Part shown: piece after piece, positions 18,252-28,817 of the stretch
Layout: every line of letters starts with the position of its first letter
How positions within the stretch are numbered: the stretch's first letter is position 1
Notes under the pieces: model-generated
The model's input: only the letters and a program-made list of their open reading frames with translations
Told to the model about the DNA's origin: nothing
Database searches by the model: none
Assembly: GCA_965232615.1 (NCBI GenBank)
Contig: OZ246985.1
Coordinates: forward strand, 847,778 to 911,777
Direction: 5' to 3'
DNA length: 64,000 nucleotides
Origin: Spirochaetaceae bacterium
GTDB taxonomy: Bacteria; Spirochaetota; Spirochaetia; DSM-2461
Made by a program: the position numbers and the translations under genes

Positions 18252-20147
18252 CTACCCCTTAAAATCACCCGGTTTAATCTCATCACCATACTTGTTTCTG
18301 GCGGCTTCAATCTCACCAATGGCCTTGTCCCATGAGTCATAGATGTGCTGTGGAACATTGGCGTCCATTCTGGCAAAAAAGGATTTCGTGCGTTCCAGCT
18401 TTTCCACCCATTTTGTACAGCGGAAAGTGAAGAGATACTGGTAGTCAGCTTCCGAAAAATCTTCATCCAGGAGCTCTTTGAAGAGTTTTTTCAGATCGGC
18501 ATACAATGGGATGGTTCCAGTGGGGGTGGCAAAGCCTTCATACTCACCATGCACCCGGCCCTCTGCCCAGTGCAGCCATACTCTTTTTGCCAGTTTACTG
18601 GTCATGAATTTACCCTCTGGATTGAGCATGAAATAGTTCGTGCTGAACACTCTGGGTTCTGCCTTCATCCCTTTGGTGAACTTAAGGTTGTTTTCCGTAT
18701 ACTCTCCCAGGGGATAGGATACAAAGTCCATGTTGGCCATGGGACTGGCCACCCGTACACCTTCGGCGCCCAAAGTTGCAGCGGTTGTTTCCGATTCCAG
18801 TGTGGCGGCCTTCAGAAGGATGCCGCTGGCATAGGAAGGGGATTCTTCAACAGGAACGGTGGTGTCCGAGTCGCGGCCTCCGTAAAGCAGTCCTTCAATT
18901 ACAACTCCATTTTTGGCATCGAAGCCTTTTTGATCAAAGTTGGAGAGGTAATCCAAACGCATGGTGTAACGGCTGTTGGGATGGGCAATGCCCACTTCTT
19001 TGCCTTTTGAATCCCTGTCACCTTTCTTCCAGGGACCATGATGGTTTTTGCCGCTGTCGGGGGTATCCTCACCCATGCCCATCCAGTAGGGATTATTATC
19101 CGCGCCCTGGAGAACATTGGAGAAGATGAGTTCCTGAGGCTTCTTGAGATTCTCGAAAATGACAGGGTCATCCTCTGCATTCACGTCCTTGATAATTCCA
19201 AAGATCCCCTGTTCAACATTGACGGCCCGGAACTCGTTATCAATGTTGCGGAAATAAGCGATATCGTCACCTACAACTTCTTCTCCCGGTACCATGGCGG
19301 TGGAGGTTTTGCCACAGGCTGATGGATAGGCACCGGCAAAATATGTTTTACGTTTGGATTTGTTGACAATGGCCATGATGAACATGTGTTCGCAAAGCCA
19401 ATTCTCCTGGCCTGATTTATTGATGGCCAACCGCATGGCATGTTTTTTGAGACCGACTGAGTTACCGGCATACTGGGCATTCATGGAGTACACCATGTTG
19501 TTCTGAAGATCCATATAGATACGGCGTTTATCCAGATTGACAACGCAGCCTCTTTCATCAAGTTGACCGGCGGAATGGATGAAGCGGAAGAAGTCATCTT
19601 TTTCATCTTCCTTCATGTTCAAAAAATGATTATACCCGGGACGGTACAGGATGGACTCGGAGTGAGCAACATACCAGGAGTCAGTGAACTGTACACAGGG
19701 AATGGTGAAGGGGCTTTCTGTCGGTCCTTCGGCGAAGAATTTAACGATACAGTCCTTTCCTTTCATGTTCCCTCTGGCAATGTCCATGATTTCTTTGTAG
19801 CCATCATCGTAGGGCAGGGCGTTGAGAGATTTCATTCGTTCCATGTTTTCTGGATAAACAATGTACTTGGTGTTTCCTTTGTCTCGCGCCTGATCCCCAT
19901 AACCATCCCAATGGATGGTGCGTCCATCAAGGGCAAGCTTGTGTTCTTCTCCCTTGGCCAGAGCCTGTTCTCTGATGTATTGTTCATCTTCCAGGCTGTC
20001 ATTGGCAACATAGATGGTGGCTGGTTCACAATGCTCCGCAAATTTCCCAATGAAATCATAAACTTTCTGATTTTTGAGTACAGCCAGTCGCTGATAACTC
20101 TCATCAGACATCTTACCCTTCAACAGGGCATCGTACTTGGGGTTCAT
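18252..20147 (-). CDS. pckG: phosphoenolpyruvate carboxykinase (GTP)
   Basis: 631 aa with the kinase-1a motif YPSACGKTS and the overall GTP-PEPCK architecture. Confidence 0.85.
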   Translation of the reverse strand: MNPKYDALLKGKMSDESYQRLAVLKNQKVYDFIGKFAEHCEPATIYVANDSLEDEQYIREQALAKGEEHKLALDGRTIHWDGYGDQARDKGNTKYIVYPENMERMKSLNALPYDDGYKEIMDIARGNMKGKDCIVKFFAEGPTESPFTIPCVQFTDSWYVAHSESILYRPGYNHFLNMKEDEKDDFFRFIHSAGQLDERGCVVNLDKRRIYMDLQNNMVYSMNAQYAGNSVGLKKHAMRLAINKSGQENWLCEHMFIMAIVNKSKRKTYFAGAYPSACGKTSTAMVPGEEVVGDDIAYFRNIDNEFRAVNVEQGIFGIIKDVNAEDDPVIFENLKKPQELIFSNVLQGADNNPYWMGMGEDTPDSGKNHHGPWKKGDRDSKGKEVGIAHPNSRYTMRLDYLSNFDQKGFDAKNGVVIEGLLYGGRDSDTTVPVEESPSYASGILLKAATLESETTAATLGAEGVRVASPMANMDFVSYPLGEYTENNLKFTKGMKAEPRVFSTNYFMLNPEGKFMTSKLAKRVWLHWAEGRVHGEYEGFATPTGTIPLYADLKKLFKELLDEDFSEADYQYLFTFRCTKWVEKLERTKSFFARMDANVPQHIYDSWDKAIGEIEAARNKYGDEIKPGDFKG

Positions 20148-20430
20148 ATTAACTCCTTAGTTTGTAACCACGGTGCAATCCTGAAATTCAGGTAATTGAG
20201 ATTGAGTGCACCGAACTGAATTGGATGTATTGTAAAGAGTTCTCCATAATTTCTTCCACCCCCTGGAGTCTCCAATGTGTAGAATACTTGTTATTTATCT
20301 GGATAATGACCTCCCGGACAGGGTTTTTTACTGTATCAGTGGAGTCTGGACACACTGACGATTGCCACTACATGAAACCTTCTCAGCATGCCGGTGGATT
20401 TCCAGTTCGCCGTAGAGAGAACCGTTATCG

Positions 20431-22521
20431 TCATGTGCTATCATAGTTTTTACGTAGAACACGGCGCATGATTTTGTTCGAAGCGGTACGCGGCAGTTCT
20501 GCTGTTATTACCACATCATATATCCTGAAGAGGGGATTCAACTGTTCCTTGATTATTTTCTGCATCAACTTTTTGAGTGCATTGGCAGTAACAGGTTCAT
20601 CAGTTACCGCATAAATCACCAGACGGCTGGGACCGCCGCTGGAGTCAGACACCGCAATGGCCGCAGTCTGCTGAACCTCATCCATTTTATTCAGTATTCG
20701 TTCAATTTCTATCGAGCTTACTTTAATGCCGCCAAGATTCATTGTATCATCAACTCGGCCATGCATACGGAAATATCCCCCTCCCAGATGTTCACACTGA
20801 TCTCCATGGCGGCGAAGCCGTACTGTGTATTCCTGTCCATCTTCCCGGAGGATACCAGCCAGCCGTGATGGTGGGGCAGGAGTGTCAGCATAATAGATTT
20901 TATGGTGATTACGGTTGATCAGATTGATTGAAAGCCCTATGGATGGAGCGATTAAAAAGACTTCTCCGCTTTCCGCTTCATATCCATCCTCATCCAGAAT
21001 AACAAACTCCATACCGAGTGAGGGTGTTGAAAAGATTCCGGGAACGGACGGCCTTACTACTGTCCCGGAAATATAACCGCCTCCTATTTCGGTGCCGCCA
21101 CAGTACTCTATGACAGGCCGGTATCCTGCGAGGGTCATGAGATAGAACATATCATCGGCGTTGGAGCACTCCCCGGTTGAACTGAACACCCGCACGGAAC
21201 TCCAGTCGAGTCCGAGCATGCAGTCCGTGCTCCGCCAGGAGCGGATCATACTCGGCACAAGTCCCAGAATATTGACACCAGCATTCTGAACAAATCTACC
21301 GAATTGTCTGTCAGTTGGGGCCTCACTGTAAAGGGCGATAGTTCCCTGATTGATCAGAGTAGCAAAAATGATCCAGGGGCCCATCATCCAGCCGAGATTA
21401 GTTGGCCATGCCGCAACATCGCCAGGACGAATGTCATGATGGAGATGACCGTCAGCGGCACATTTGACGGGTGTTGTCTGGGTCCAGGGTATGGCTTTCG
21501 TGTCGCCCGTTGTTCCTGAAGAGAAGAGGATGTTGATAATCGCATCCGGAGTACATTTAACAGAGTCGAAATTCGTATCATTGCAGAGGAAGTCTTTCCA
21601 TGTTAAGTCGCCGTTGCGAAGTGTTATTCTCCGCGACTCATCATCGGCGCTCACGGAGGAGGTCAGTACAATAGTCAATGGGGAGTCCGCAGCAGTAACT
21701 TTTTCGTACAAGGGTAAAACCTTGTCCCCTCTTGTCAGGTAATCCTGGGTAAAAACAGCTCTGGCATTGCTAATTCTGATGCGTTTGGCAATTTCCTCCG
21801 GAGCGAAACTGTCCGCTATCGATACCGCTGTACATCCGGCCTTGATGATGCCAAGGTAGATAAAACATGATTCTGCTGTCATAGGCATGTCAATGGCAAT
21901 GGCGGTACCAGGAGGTAGTCCCACGCGGCACAGGCTGTTAGCGACACGGTTTACCTGACAGAGGAGTTCATGGCGGCTGATCGTTTTCAACGAACCTGAT
22001 TCCTCGGATAGTAATATGGCTGGAGCATTAACGTCTGTATCAATGCATGAATCGACGATGTTGAGTGTTGCTCCTGGAAACCACTCTGGATGCTCAATAC
22101 CCTGGGATAAGTCCATCGTTCTGGAGGGAAGATCAGAAAAACGAATATTGAGTGTTGAGGTCATGCTTTTCCAGAATTCACTGCGATTCCCGGCAGTCCA
22201 CGCATGGAATTGATTGTATGATTCAAATCCCATGCTCTTCATCATTCGGCCAACATTGGTTTGGTCAATGAATGCTTCGGTTGGGAACCATGCTGGGGGT
22301 GGTCCTTCGGAGTGGTCCCAATCCTTAAACACTGCTTCATGCAGTTTCTGGTGCATTTCGAATGGGTGGTTTTGTGTCAGAACAGAAGTACAAAGCTCAA
22401 TCCAGCATTCCTTCGGCGGCTTCATTGTGAGTAATTCATTGATACGCGGTAATACAGCTTTGGCCTCTTCTGATTTGAGTCCTGCATCTATCAACAGGTT
22501 AATGGTGATCTTTTCTGGCAT
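20431..22521 (-). CDS. AMP-dependent synthetase/ligase (acyl-CoA synthetase family, about 100-aa N-terminal extension)
   Basis: A3 motif SSGTTGDTKAIP and A8 motif GRVDDTMNLGGIKVSSIEIE. A solo TIR 12 nt upstream contributes the aaggaa SD. Confidence 0.75.
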   Translation of the reverse strand: MPEKITINLLIDAGLKSEEAKAVLPRINELLTMKPPKECWIELCTSVLTQNHPFEMHQKLHEAVFKDWDHSEGPPPAWFPTEAFIDQTNVGRMMKSMGFESYNQFHAWTAGNRSEFWKSMTSTLNIRFSDLPSRTMDLSQGIEHPEWFPGATLNIVDSCIDTDVNAPAILLSEESGSLKTISRHELLCQVNRVANSLCRVGLPPGTAIAIDMPMTAESCFIYLGIIKAGCTAVSIADSFAPEEIAKRIRISNARAVFTQDYLTRGDKVLPLYEKVTAADSPLTIVLTSSVSADDESRRITLRNGDLTWKDFLCNDTNFDSVKCTPDAIINILFSSGTTGDTKAIPWTQTTPVKCAADGHLHHDIRPGDVAAWPTNLGWMMGPWIIFATLINQGTIALYSEAPTDRQFGRFVQNAGVNILGLVPSMIRSWRSTDCMLGLDWSSVRVFSSTGECSNADDMFYLMTLAGYRPVIEYCGGTEIGGGYISGTVVRPSVPGIFSTPSLGMEFVILDEDGYEAESGEVFLIAPSIGLSINLINRNHHKIYYADTPAPPSRLAGILREDGQEYTVRLRRHGDQCEHLGGGYFRMHGRVDDTMNLGGIKVSSIEIERILNKMDEVQQTAAIAVSDSSGGPSRLVIYAVTDEPVTANALKKLMQKIIKEQLNPLFRIYDVVITAELPRTASNKIMRRVLRKNYDST

Positions 22522-22532
22522 GAGAGAATTCC

Positions 22533-22546
22533 TTTTAGAGGTGCCC
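22533..22546 (+). repeat. solo TIR TTTTAGAGGTGCCC immediately upstream of the acyl-CoA synthetase start
   Basis: Exact terminus sequence. Confidence 0.45.
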
Positions 22547-22678
22547 TTATGAAGATTATACTGTTATCAGTCATTTTAATGAACTCTTAGATTGAAACTC
22601 TGAGGGAATGCTTCCCCATTGAAGACCCAGGGCAATCGCAAGGGAGCTATTCTTTGCAAAAGTTGTTAAATATAATAA

Positions 22679-22711
22679 GGGCAGCTCTAAAAAACAGCTT
22701 TAGAGGTGCCC
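22679..22711 (+). repeat. 33-bp mini-palindrome formed by fused left and right TIRs (gggcagctctaaaaaacagctttagaggtgccc)
   Basis: Both termini present with no internal modules. Confidence 0.55.
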
Positions 22712-22935
22712 TCAGATAAAAACTGCTCTGTGTAAGGCCCTGAGAGTGCTCCTGTGCTATTCTGTATTTCCCCTCCAGCAACAAAGGTGTGGCACCCGAT
22801 TTGGTACAACTCCGATGCAATACGAAGATCGCTTGTTATAGCAGTGATATTCTTCTTCGTACCAAGAAGACGGGCAACCTCTGCATCTGAAGGTTCAGGA
22901 GAGAACTGAAATCTCTGGATGGGTTGAATGAGGTT
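22688..22935 (-). pseudogene. remnant of a DeoR-family transcriptional regulator (start of the sugar-binding domain)
   Basis: A 76-codon open frame (...ITAITSDLRIASELYQIGCHTFVAGGEIQNSTGALSGPYTEQFLSEGTSKAVF*) resembles the DeoR C-terminal domain. It has no N-terminal HTH and its stop lies inside the mini-palindrome. Confidence 0.35.
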
Positions 22936-23005
22936 TTACAGACTTTCTGACACGATGAAATTACTACCAATTTCCTGATATCTGCCAGACTTACGCCTCC
23001 CGGCT

Positions 23006-23098
23006 CGATTTTTGCCCTTTTTCCTGCTAATGCGTTGCCAAATACTCACATAGCCCAGCTACACTCCGTTTTTTGCCTTGCATCAGGATGAAATCATT
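23006..23098 (+). repeat. degenerate copy of MITE modules A and B
   Basis: gatttttgccctttttcctgctaatgcgttgccaaatactcacatagcccagctacac...ttgccttgcatcaggatgaaatcatt aligns at about 75% with the modules of E7 and E11. Confidence 0.4.
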
Positions 23099-23211
23099 AA
23101 TAATCGCCTTAAAGTCTTAAAGCCCGACAGATCCCGTGGAAAAAGTGATAATAAATACTCAGAAATCAATAAAACACTGCCTGGGGATCGTCTTGGGAAT
23201 CAAAGAGGTGA

Positions 23212-24747
23212 ATGAACATGGAAATCTATGCGTATGCAGCTTCCGGTTACGCAGGCCAGCTTGTTTCGGTGGAAGTAGACATCCGAAGAGGGATTCCTGG
23301 TCTGGACATCGTTGGTCTGCCCGATGGAGCTGTTCGAGAATCCCGCGAAAGGGTTCGCATCGCAGTTAATCGAAGCGGATTCAATTTCCCAATGGACAGG
23401 ATTCTCGTCAATCTTTCACCTGCTGACCTGAAGAAAGAAGGGGCTTCTTATGATTTGCCCATAGCTTTGGGTATTCTGATCGTGTCAAATCAACTGCATT
23501 ACACAAGTAAGCAACCCATCCTCTGCATTGGGGAATTAATGCTTGATGGTTCAGTTCGTCCTGTGCATGGAATTCTGCCGGCAGTGGCCGCGGGCAGAAG
23601 CAACGGTATCAAGCGATTCATTGTTCCAAAAACTAATCTTCCAGAAGCCAGTACATTGGCCAATCAGTATTCCTCAGGGATAGCTCATCTTACTGAACTC
23701 CAGCAAGTACTGATGGAATCCCGGAAGACTGTTTCCAGTCAACAATACACAACTGAGCCAGCCGATTCCACACTGTGCCGGGACATTTCGGAATTACATG
23801 GTCAACCTATACTAAAAAGAGTTCTGGAACTATGTGCCTCAGGAGGTCATCACCTCATCGTTTTTGGACCTCCGGGGAGCGGTAAGACGATGGGCATGCG
23901 AACACTACCTGGATTACTTCCCAACCTTGATGTCAAAAAATCAATCGAAGTAACACGAATCTGGTCTCAAGCCGGAAACCTGAATGAGAAACAGGGACTC
24001 ATCCTCCGCCCCCCTTTTCGGGAGCCTCATCATACTTCCACCAGTGAAGGACTGGTGGGTGGAGCAGCCGGGAAACCCGGCGAAGCATCCCTTGCCCATG
24101 GAGGGATTCTTTTTCTGGATGAAGCTCCTGAATTTGGCAGCCGGGTTCTGCAATCCCTGAGGGAACCGCTTGAATCAGGCCGTGTGGACATGGCACGGGC
24201 TGGAAGGCAGTGGTGGTATCCGGCAGAATTCCAACTCGTCATGGCCATGAATCCCTGTCCATGCGGCAATCTTGGTCGTGAGGAAGTATCCTGCTGCATC
24301 TGCACCCCTCCCGAAATAAGCCGCTACTGGCGAAGGATAGGCGGAGCCCTGATGGATAGGATTGATCTCCGGGTGCCTGTTTCACCTGTTGACCCCCAAA
24401 CCCTTCTCGATCCACCTGGAGAGGATTCTCAAACGGTGAGAGCCAGGGTGGAAGGGGCCAGAAGTAGACAGTATCACCGATACAGAAACTGCCAGTGGAG
24501 AATAAATGCCGACATTCCTCCGGGAGAATTTAAAAATTTTGTACAATTGGATGAGTCAACATCCCTATTATTCACCGAAGCGGTACGGAAACTTGGTTTT
24601 TCTTCAAGGGCCGCCCATGGTGTCTTACGGATTGCCCGAACCATGGCAGATCTGGAAGGACGTCAAGATGTCAACACAGAGGATATTCTGGAGGCAGTGC
24701 AACATCGGCGTTTTGGTAATCGGGATCTCTTCTGGACAACCATTTGA
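23212..24747 (+). CDS. comM: Mg-chelatase-like AAA+ ATPase YifB/ComM
   Basis: Lon-like N-terminal domain, Walker A GPPGSGKTM, and the ChlI-like C-terminus. Confidence 0.8.
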   Translation: MNMEIYAYAASGYAGQLVSVEVDIRRGIPGLDIVGLPDGAVRESRERVRIAVNRSGFNFPMDRILVNLSPADLKKEGASYDLPIALGILIVSNQLHYTSKQPILCIGELMLDGSVRPVHGILPAVAAGRSNGIKRFIVPKTNLPEASTLANQYSSGIAHLTELQQVLMESRKTVSSQQYTTEPADSTLCRDISELHGQPILKRVLELCASGGHHLIVFGPPGSGKTMGMRTLPGLLPNLDVKKSIEVTRIWSQAGNLNEKQGLILRPPFREPHHTSTSEGLVGGAAGKPGEASLAHGGILFLDEAPEFGSRVLQSLREPLESGRVDMARAGRQWWYPAEFQLVMAMNPCPCGNLGREEVSCCICTPPEISRYWRRIGGALMDRIDLRVPVSPVDPQTLLDPPGEDSQTVRARVEGARSRQYHRYRNCQWRINADIPPGEFKNFVQLDESTSLLFTEAVRKLGFSSRAAHGVLRIARTMADLEGRQDVNTEDILEAVQHRRFGNRDLFWTTI

Positions 24748-25009
24748 GTCAATAGTTCCAATTTTAGTCCACTCTATCCCGGACTTTCAATCCTGATTAC
24801 AAGTCGAATAGAATCTTCTGGTTATTTCAAAACGTTTTTCAGTTGAACGATCACAATTTCATTCTCAAACGCTTGACCACAAAATAGATTCACCTATACT
24901 GAATGATGAGCGTCTCTCTCAAAAGTCACTCCTGGAATCTGTTAAGAGGATTATTCTTTAATGTAAGAGTTTTGAGATGTGCTCACAAAAATAAAAGGAG
25001 AAGTGATAT

Positions 25010-26626
25010 ATGAAAAGAACATGGGTTTTTATTATCGGTATTGCCATCCTTACAGCAGCTTTCTTAATGAGCTGTAGCAGGGAACCTGAAGTACAGGCGG
25101 TTGTGATGAACTGGAATCTCAGCAGCTCCGGGCCGAAAACCATTGATCCCGGACTTAACGGTGCCAGTGATGGTGGCCATGTGGGGAATCAACTCTTTGA
25201 AGGTCTGGTTCGAGAGCAGGATGGTGTTGTGGTTCCCGGTATTGCCGAAGACTGGGAATTCTCCAGCGACAACAAAACTCTTACCTTCCATCTCAGAGAG
25301 TCCAAATGGTCCGATGGCTCCAAACTCACAGCCAATGACTTCGTCTACTCATGGAAAAGAGGCATGAACCCCGAAACCGGATCGGAGTATTCCTGGATTT
25401 GGGAATATACCAACATCGTTGGCGCTCAGGATGCGGCCGAAGGGAATGGAAGTCTGGATGCTGTCGGTGTATCGGCCATTGATGATCAAACTCTTGAGAT
25501 CAAACTGAAAAACCCAACGAACTACCTGGTATCCCTTTTGTCCTTTTACCACTTCCATCCGGTGAAAAAATCTGCTGTTGAAGCTGGACCTGATGGAACA
25601 TGGGCATCTAATCCTGAAATCTTTGTGGGAAATGGTCCATTCAAGGTGACCGCGTACAACATTGGTGATGGTATGGTTATAGAAAAGAATCCCCATTACT
25701 GGAATACCGGCAATGTACAAATTGATGTTATAAACATTGGGTTTATCAACGATCACTCAACAGCATACCAGGCATACCTTAATGGCGAGTTTGATTTTCT
25801 TAACGAAGTACCTCCAGCAGAAGTCCCGCGGCTGGTTGCCGAAGAACCAGAATTTTACATATTCCCGCAATTGGGAACCTATTACTACAACTTCAACATG
25901 GATCTGGATATGTGGCAGGATGTGCGTGTCCGTAAAGCTCTCACTCTTGCAATAGACCGCAATAAAATTGTCGAAGTTATGGCTAAGGGCAACATACCAG
26001 CTTCTGGATTTGTACCTCCCGGATTCCCGGACCATGAAGGCAATGATTTTTTCGAGAAAGCAGGAACATATGGTATTGTCAACGATGGCAGCAAGATTGA
26101 TGAAGCGAAAGTGCTTATTGCTGAAGCTGGCTATCCTGACGGTGAAGGATTCCCAAAATTCACCCTGATGTACAATACATCCGAAGGTCATCAACTTGTT
26201 GCTGAAATGGTACAGGAGATGTGGAAAACCAATCTGGGCATTGAGTGTGATCTGGAGAACCAGGAATGGGCTGTATTTCAAGACACAAGGAAGGAAGGTG
26301 ACTATGAAGTGGCTCGGGGTGGTTGGATAACGGACTTCCTGGATCCCATGGGTTTACTGGCAATTTTCCAGTCCAACAATGATTATAATGATCCCAATTA
26401 TTACAATAGTACTTATGATGAACTTGTATCGGCTGCCAATGAATCTGTGGGAGCTGATCATTTTGAGAAGCTGTACGAGGCTCAGGAAATTCTTATGACA
26501 GATCTTCCCATTGTGCCAGTTTATCATTATACAAGGATGTTCCTTTCTTCTCCTCAGGTGAAAAACTGGACACGCTCCAAGTTGGGAACACTGGATTTCT
26601 CGTCGGCTTATATTGAAAGGGAATAA
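25010..26626 (+). CDS. oppA: oligopeptide ABC transporter substrate-binding lipoprotein (SBP family 5)
   Basis: Lipobox LMSC and a 538-aa family-5 SBP. It heads the oppBCDF operon. Confidence 0.8.
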   Translation: MKRTWVFIIGIAILTAAFLMSCSREPEVQAVVMNWNLSSSGPKTIDPGLNGASDGGHVGNQLFEGLVREQDGVVVPGIAEDWEFSSDNKTLTFHLRESKWSDGSKLTANDFVYSWKRGMNPETGSEYSWIWEYTNIVGAQDAAEGNGSLDAVGVSAIDDQTLEIKLKNPTNYLVSLLSFYHFHPVKKSAVEAGPDGTWASNPEIFVGNGPFKVTAYNIGDGMVIEKNPHYWNTGNVQIDVINIGFINDHSTAYQAYLNGEFDFLNEVPPAEVPRLVAEEPEFYIFPQLGTYYYNFNMDLDMWQDVRVRKALTLAIDRNKIVEVMAKGNIPASGFVPPGFPDHEGNDFFEKAGTYGIVNDGSKIDEAKVLIAEAGYPDGEGFPKFTLMYNTSEGHQLVAEMVQEMWKTNLGIECDLENQEWAVFQDTRKEGDYEVARGGWITDFLDPMGLLAIFQSNNDYNDPNYYNSTYDELVSAANESVGADHFEKLYEAQEILMTDLPIVPVYHYTRMFLSSPQVKNWTRSKLGTLDFSSAYIERE

Positions 26627-26632
26627 TTAGAG

Positions 26633-26665
26633 CAGGGCTGCTTATCCGAGCATGCCCTGTTTTTC
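26633..26665 (+). terminator. candidate intrinsic terminator/attenuator between oppA and oppB
   Basis: cagggc...gccctg stem followed by TTTTT. Confidence 0.35.
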
Positions 26666-26688
26666 CCCGAAGAAGATGAAATAGCTGA

Positions 26689-27618
26689 ATGAGAAACTAC
26701 TTTATAAAACGTTTCATACAATCTCTATTAACAGTCATTCTTATTGCTTCCGTAACATTTTTCATGATGCACTCCATCCCTGGAGGTCCATTTACAAGAG
26801 AACGCCCTGTCCCTGATGAAATCATGCGTGCTCTGAACGCCAAGTATAATCTGGATGCTCCTCTCATCATTCAGTATTACGATTATATGAAGAGTCTGGT
26901 AACTTTCGACCTGGGTCCTTCCTTCTCAAAGATTGGTGTATCAGTTAATGAGCTGATTGCCACTGGTTTTCCTGTTACAGCTCGAATCGGTCTCCTTGCT
27001 GCTCTTTTCATCATTGTCATTGGAGTTCCTGTTGGCATAGTTTCCGCCATCAGACAGAACAAGCCGATTGATTACTTTGTGATGTTTATGGCCACTCTTG
27101 GAGTAACGATACCAAGTTTTGTTCTGGCAACACTTTATATATTTGTATTCGCGGGAAAACTTGGATGGGTTCCAACCTATGGTGTGAAAACACCGGCATC
27201 ATACATCGGTCCGATGATTGCCCTGAGTGGTTATTCATTGTCCTTTGCTGCCAGACTTACCCGGTCTTCCATGCTTGAAGTCCTACGTCAGGATTACATA
27301 AGAACCGCGAAGGCCAATGGGCTTTCCAGACTTTCCGTTATCGGCAAGCACGCGTTAAAGAATGCTCTCATTCCAGTTGTAACTTATCTTGGACCAACTA
27401 TAGCCGCAATCATGACGGGTTCTTTCGTTGTGGAACGCATTTTTGCCATCCCGGGGATTGGTCAATATTTTGTAGAAAGTGTCTCCAACAGGGATTATAC
27501 CATGATCATTGGTATAACTGTATTCTACGCCATATTCTATGTTATGATGGTTTACTTTGTCGATATATTGTATGCCATTATCGACCCTCGAATAAAATTT
27601 GAACGGAAAAACCACTGA
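26689..27618 (+). CDS. oppB: oligopeptide ABC transporter permease
   Basis: Typical OppB/DppB N-terminus and an EAA loop. Confidence 0.8.
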   Translation: MRNYFIKRFIQSLLTVILIASVTFFMMHSIPGGPFTRERPVPDEIMRALNAKYNLDAPLIIQYYDYMKSLVTFDLGPSFSKIGVSVNELIATGFPVTARIGLLAALFIIVIGVPVGIVSAIRQNKPIDYFVMFMATLGVTIPSFVLATLYIFVFAGKLGWVPTYGVKTPASYIGPMIALSGYSLSFAARLTRSSMLEVLRQDYIRTAKANGLSRLSVIGKHALKNALIPVVTYLGPTIAAIMTGSFVVERIFAIPGIGQYFVESVSNRDYTMIIGITVFYAIFYVMMVYFVDILYAIIDPRIKFERKNH

Positions 27619-28805
27619 TGAGTACCAATGATTTTAGCTTCGTGCCCCGGGAGGAGTGTTCCAATCAGGAAGTGTTAAGAAAATCGCATACATACTGGCA
27701 GGATGCGTGGCGAAGATTGTGCTGTCACAAACTCGCCATGACAGGACTGGTGGGCGTGGTTTTCATAATACTGACGGCTGTATTCGGCCCATTATTCTTC
27801 CAGCGCTCCTATTCCGATCAAAATCTAGATTTCTCCAATGTTCCTCCCCGAATGGATATCTACAAAATCGCTGATAACTATTATGTTTATCTTACTCACG
27901 ACTACAAACTTCTGCGGATCAGTGAAAAAGGCGAAATTCTTCATCGTCTGGAACTAAAAGACAAGGATGTTGTCAATAAGATATACACCTATGTCGACGG
28001 TGAACAATCCGTTGAGCTGGATTTCTCCTATAATCTGCTGCCGGGGAAAGCCGCTGACTATGACTATACCTTTTCAGCCAATGGCGGCCCGATAATCTCA
28101 GAGAAGTATAAAAAGGTTCGGAATAAAACGTATCCCTTCGGCAGCGATATTGTTGGACGCGGTCTTCTCATACGGGTGATTTACGGCGCCAGAATATCCC
28201 TCACCATAGCCTTTGTCGCCACCATTGCCAATCTTCTTATAGGAGTAACATGGGGAAGTCTAGCCGCCTGGGAAGGGGGGCGGGTTGATACTCTGATGAT
28301 GCGTTTTGTTGATATTCTCACCACCATTCCATTGGTAATCTACGTCATACTCATCATGGTTCTCATCGGTAATCGTGGACTCTGGACTATGACTATCGCT
28401 CTGGGATCTATTTATTGGGTTGTGATGGCACGGCTGGTCCGTGGTCAGGTACTCACCCTTAAAGAGCAGGAATTTGTTTTCGCAGCCATCGCCCTTGGCG
28501 TGAGCCGAAGACAGATCATCGTCCGGCATCTTATTCCCAATGCCATAGGACCCATCATTGTTACCATGACGATGATGATCCCCCGGGCAGTTTTTACCGA
28601 AGCCTTTATTGGATTCATAGGATTAGGTGTTTCAGCACCCATGGCTTCCTGGGGAACCCTGGCAAGCGATGCTCTTTCCGGACTGCTGTCCTACCCCTAC
28701 CAGTTGTTCTTTCCAGCACTGGCCATCGCGTTCACCATGCTTTCATTCAACTTCCTGGGAGATGGCCTGCGGGATGCTCTTGATCCCCGATTGAGGAAGG
28801 GTTAG
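27618..28805 (+). CDS. oppC: oligopeptide ABC transporter permease (long periplasmic N-terminal region)
   Basis: OppC/DppC C-terminal conserved region. ATGA overlap with oppB. Confidence 0.8.
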   Translation: MSTNDFSFVPREECSNQEVLRKSHTYWQDAWRRLCCHKLAMTGLVGVVFIILTAVFGPLFFQRSYSDQNLDFSNVPPRMDIYKIADNYYVYLTHDYKLLRISEKGEILHRLELKDKDVVNKIYTYVDGEQSVELDFSYNLLPGKAADYDYTFSANGGPIISEKYKKVRNKTYPFGSDIVGRGLLIRVIYGARISLTIAFVATIANLLIGVTWGSLAAWEGGRVDTLMMRFVDILTTIPLVIYVILIMVLIGNRGLWTMTIALGSIYWVVMARLVRGQVLTLKEQEFVFAAIALGVSRRQIIVRHLIPNAIGPIIVTMTMMIPRAVFTEAFIGFIGLGVSAPMASWGTLASDALSGLLSYPYQLFFPALAIAFTMLSFNFLGDGLRDALDPRLRKG

Positions 28806-28817
28806 GGGCATAGAATC

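Noticed and set aside
18345-19480. Antisense ORFs inside pckG (18345-19010, 18776-19129, 19038-19322 and others), inside parC (4386-4982) and inside the acyl-CoA synthetase (21304-21742)
   Set aside because: They lie on the opposite strand of strongly supported genes. They have no motifs and show the typical low-complexity artefacts of translated antisense sequence.
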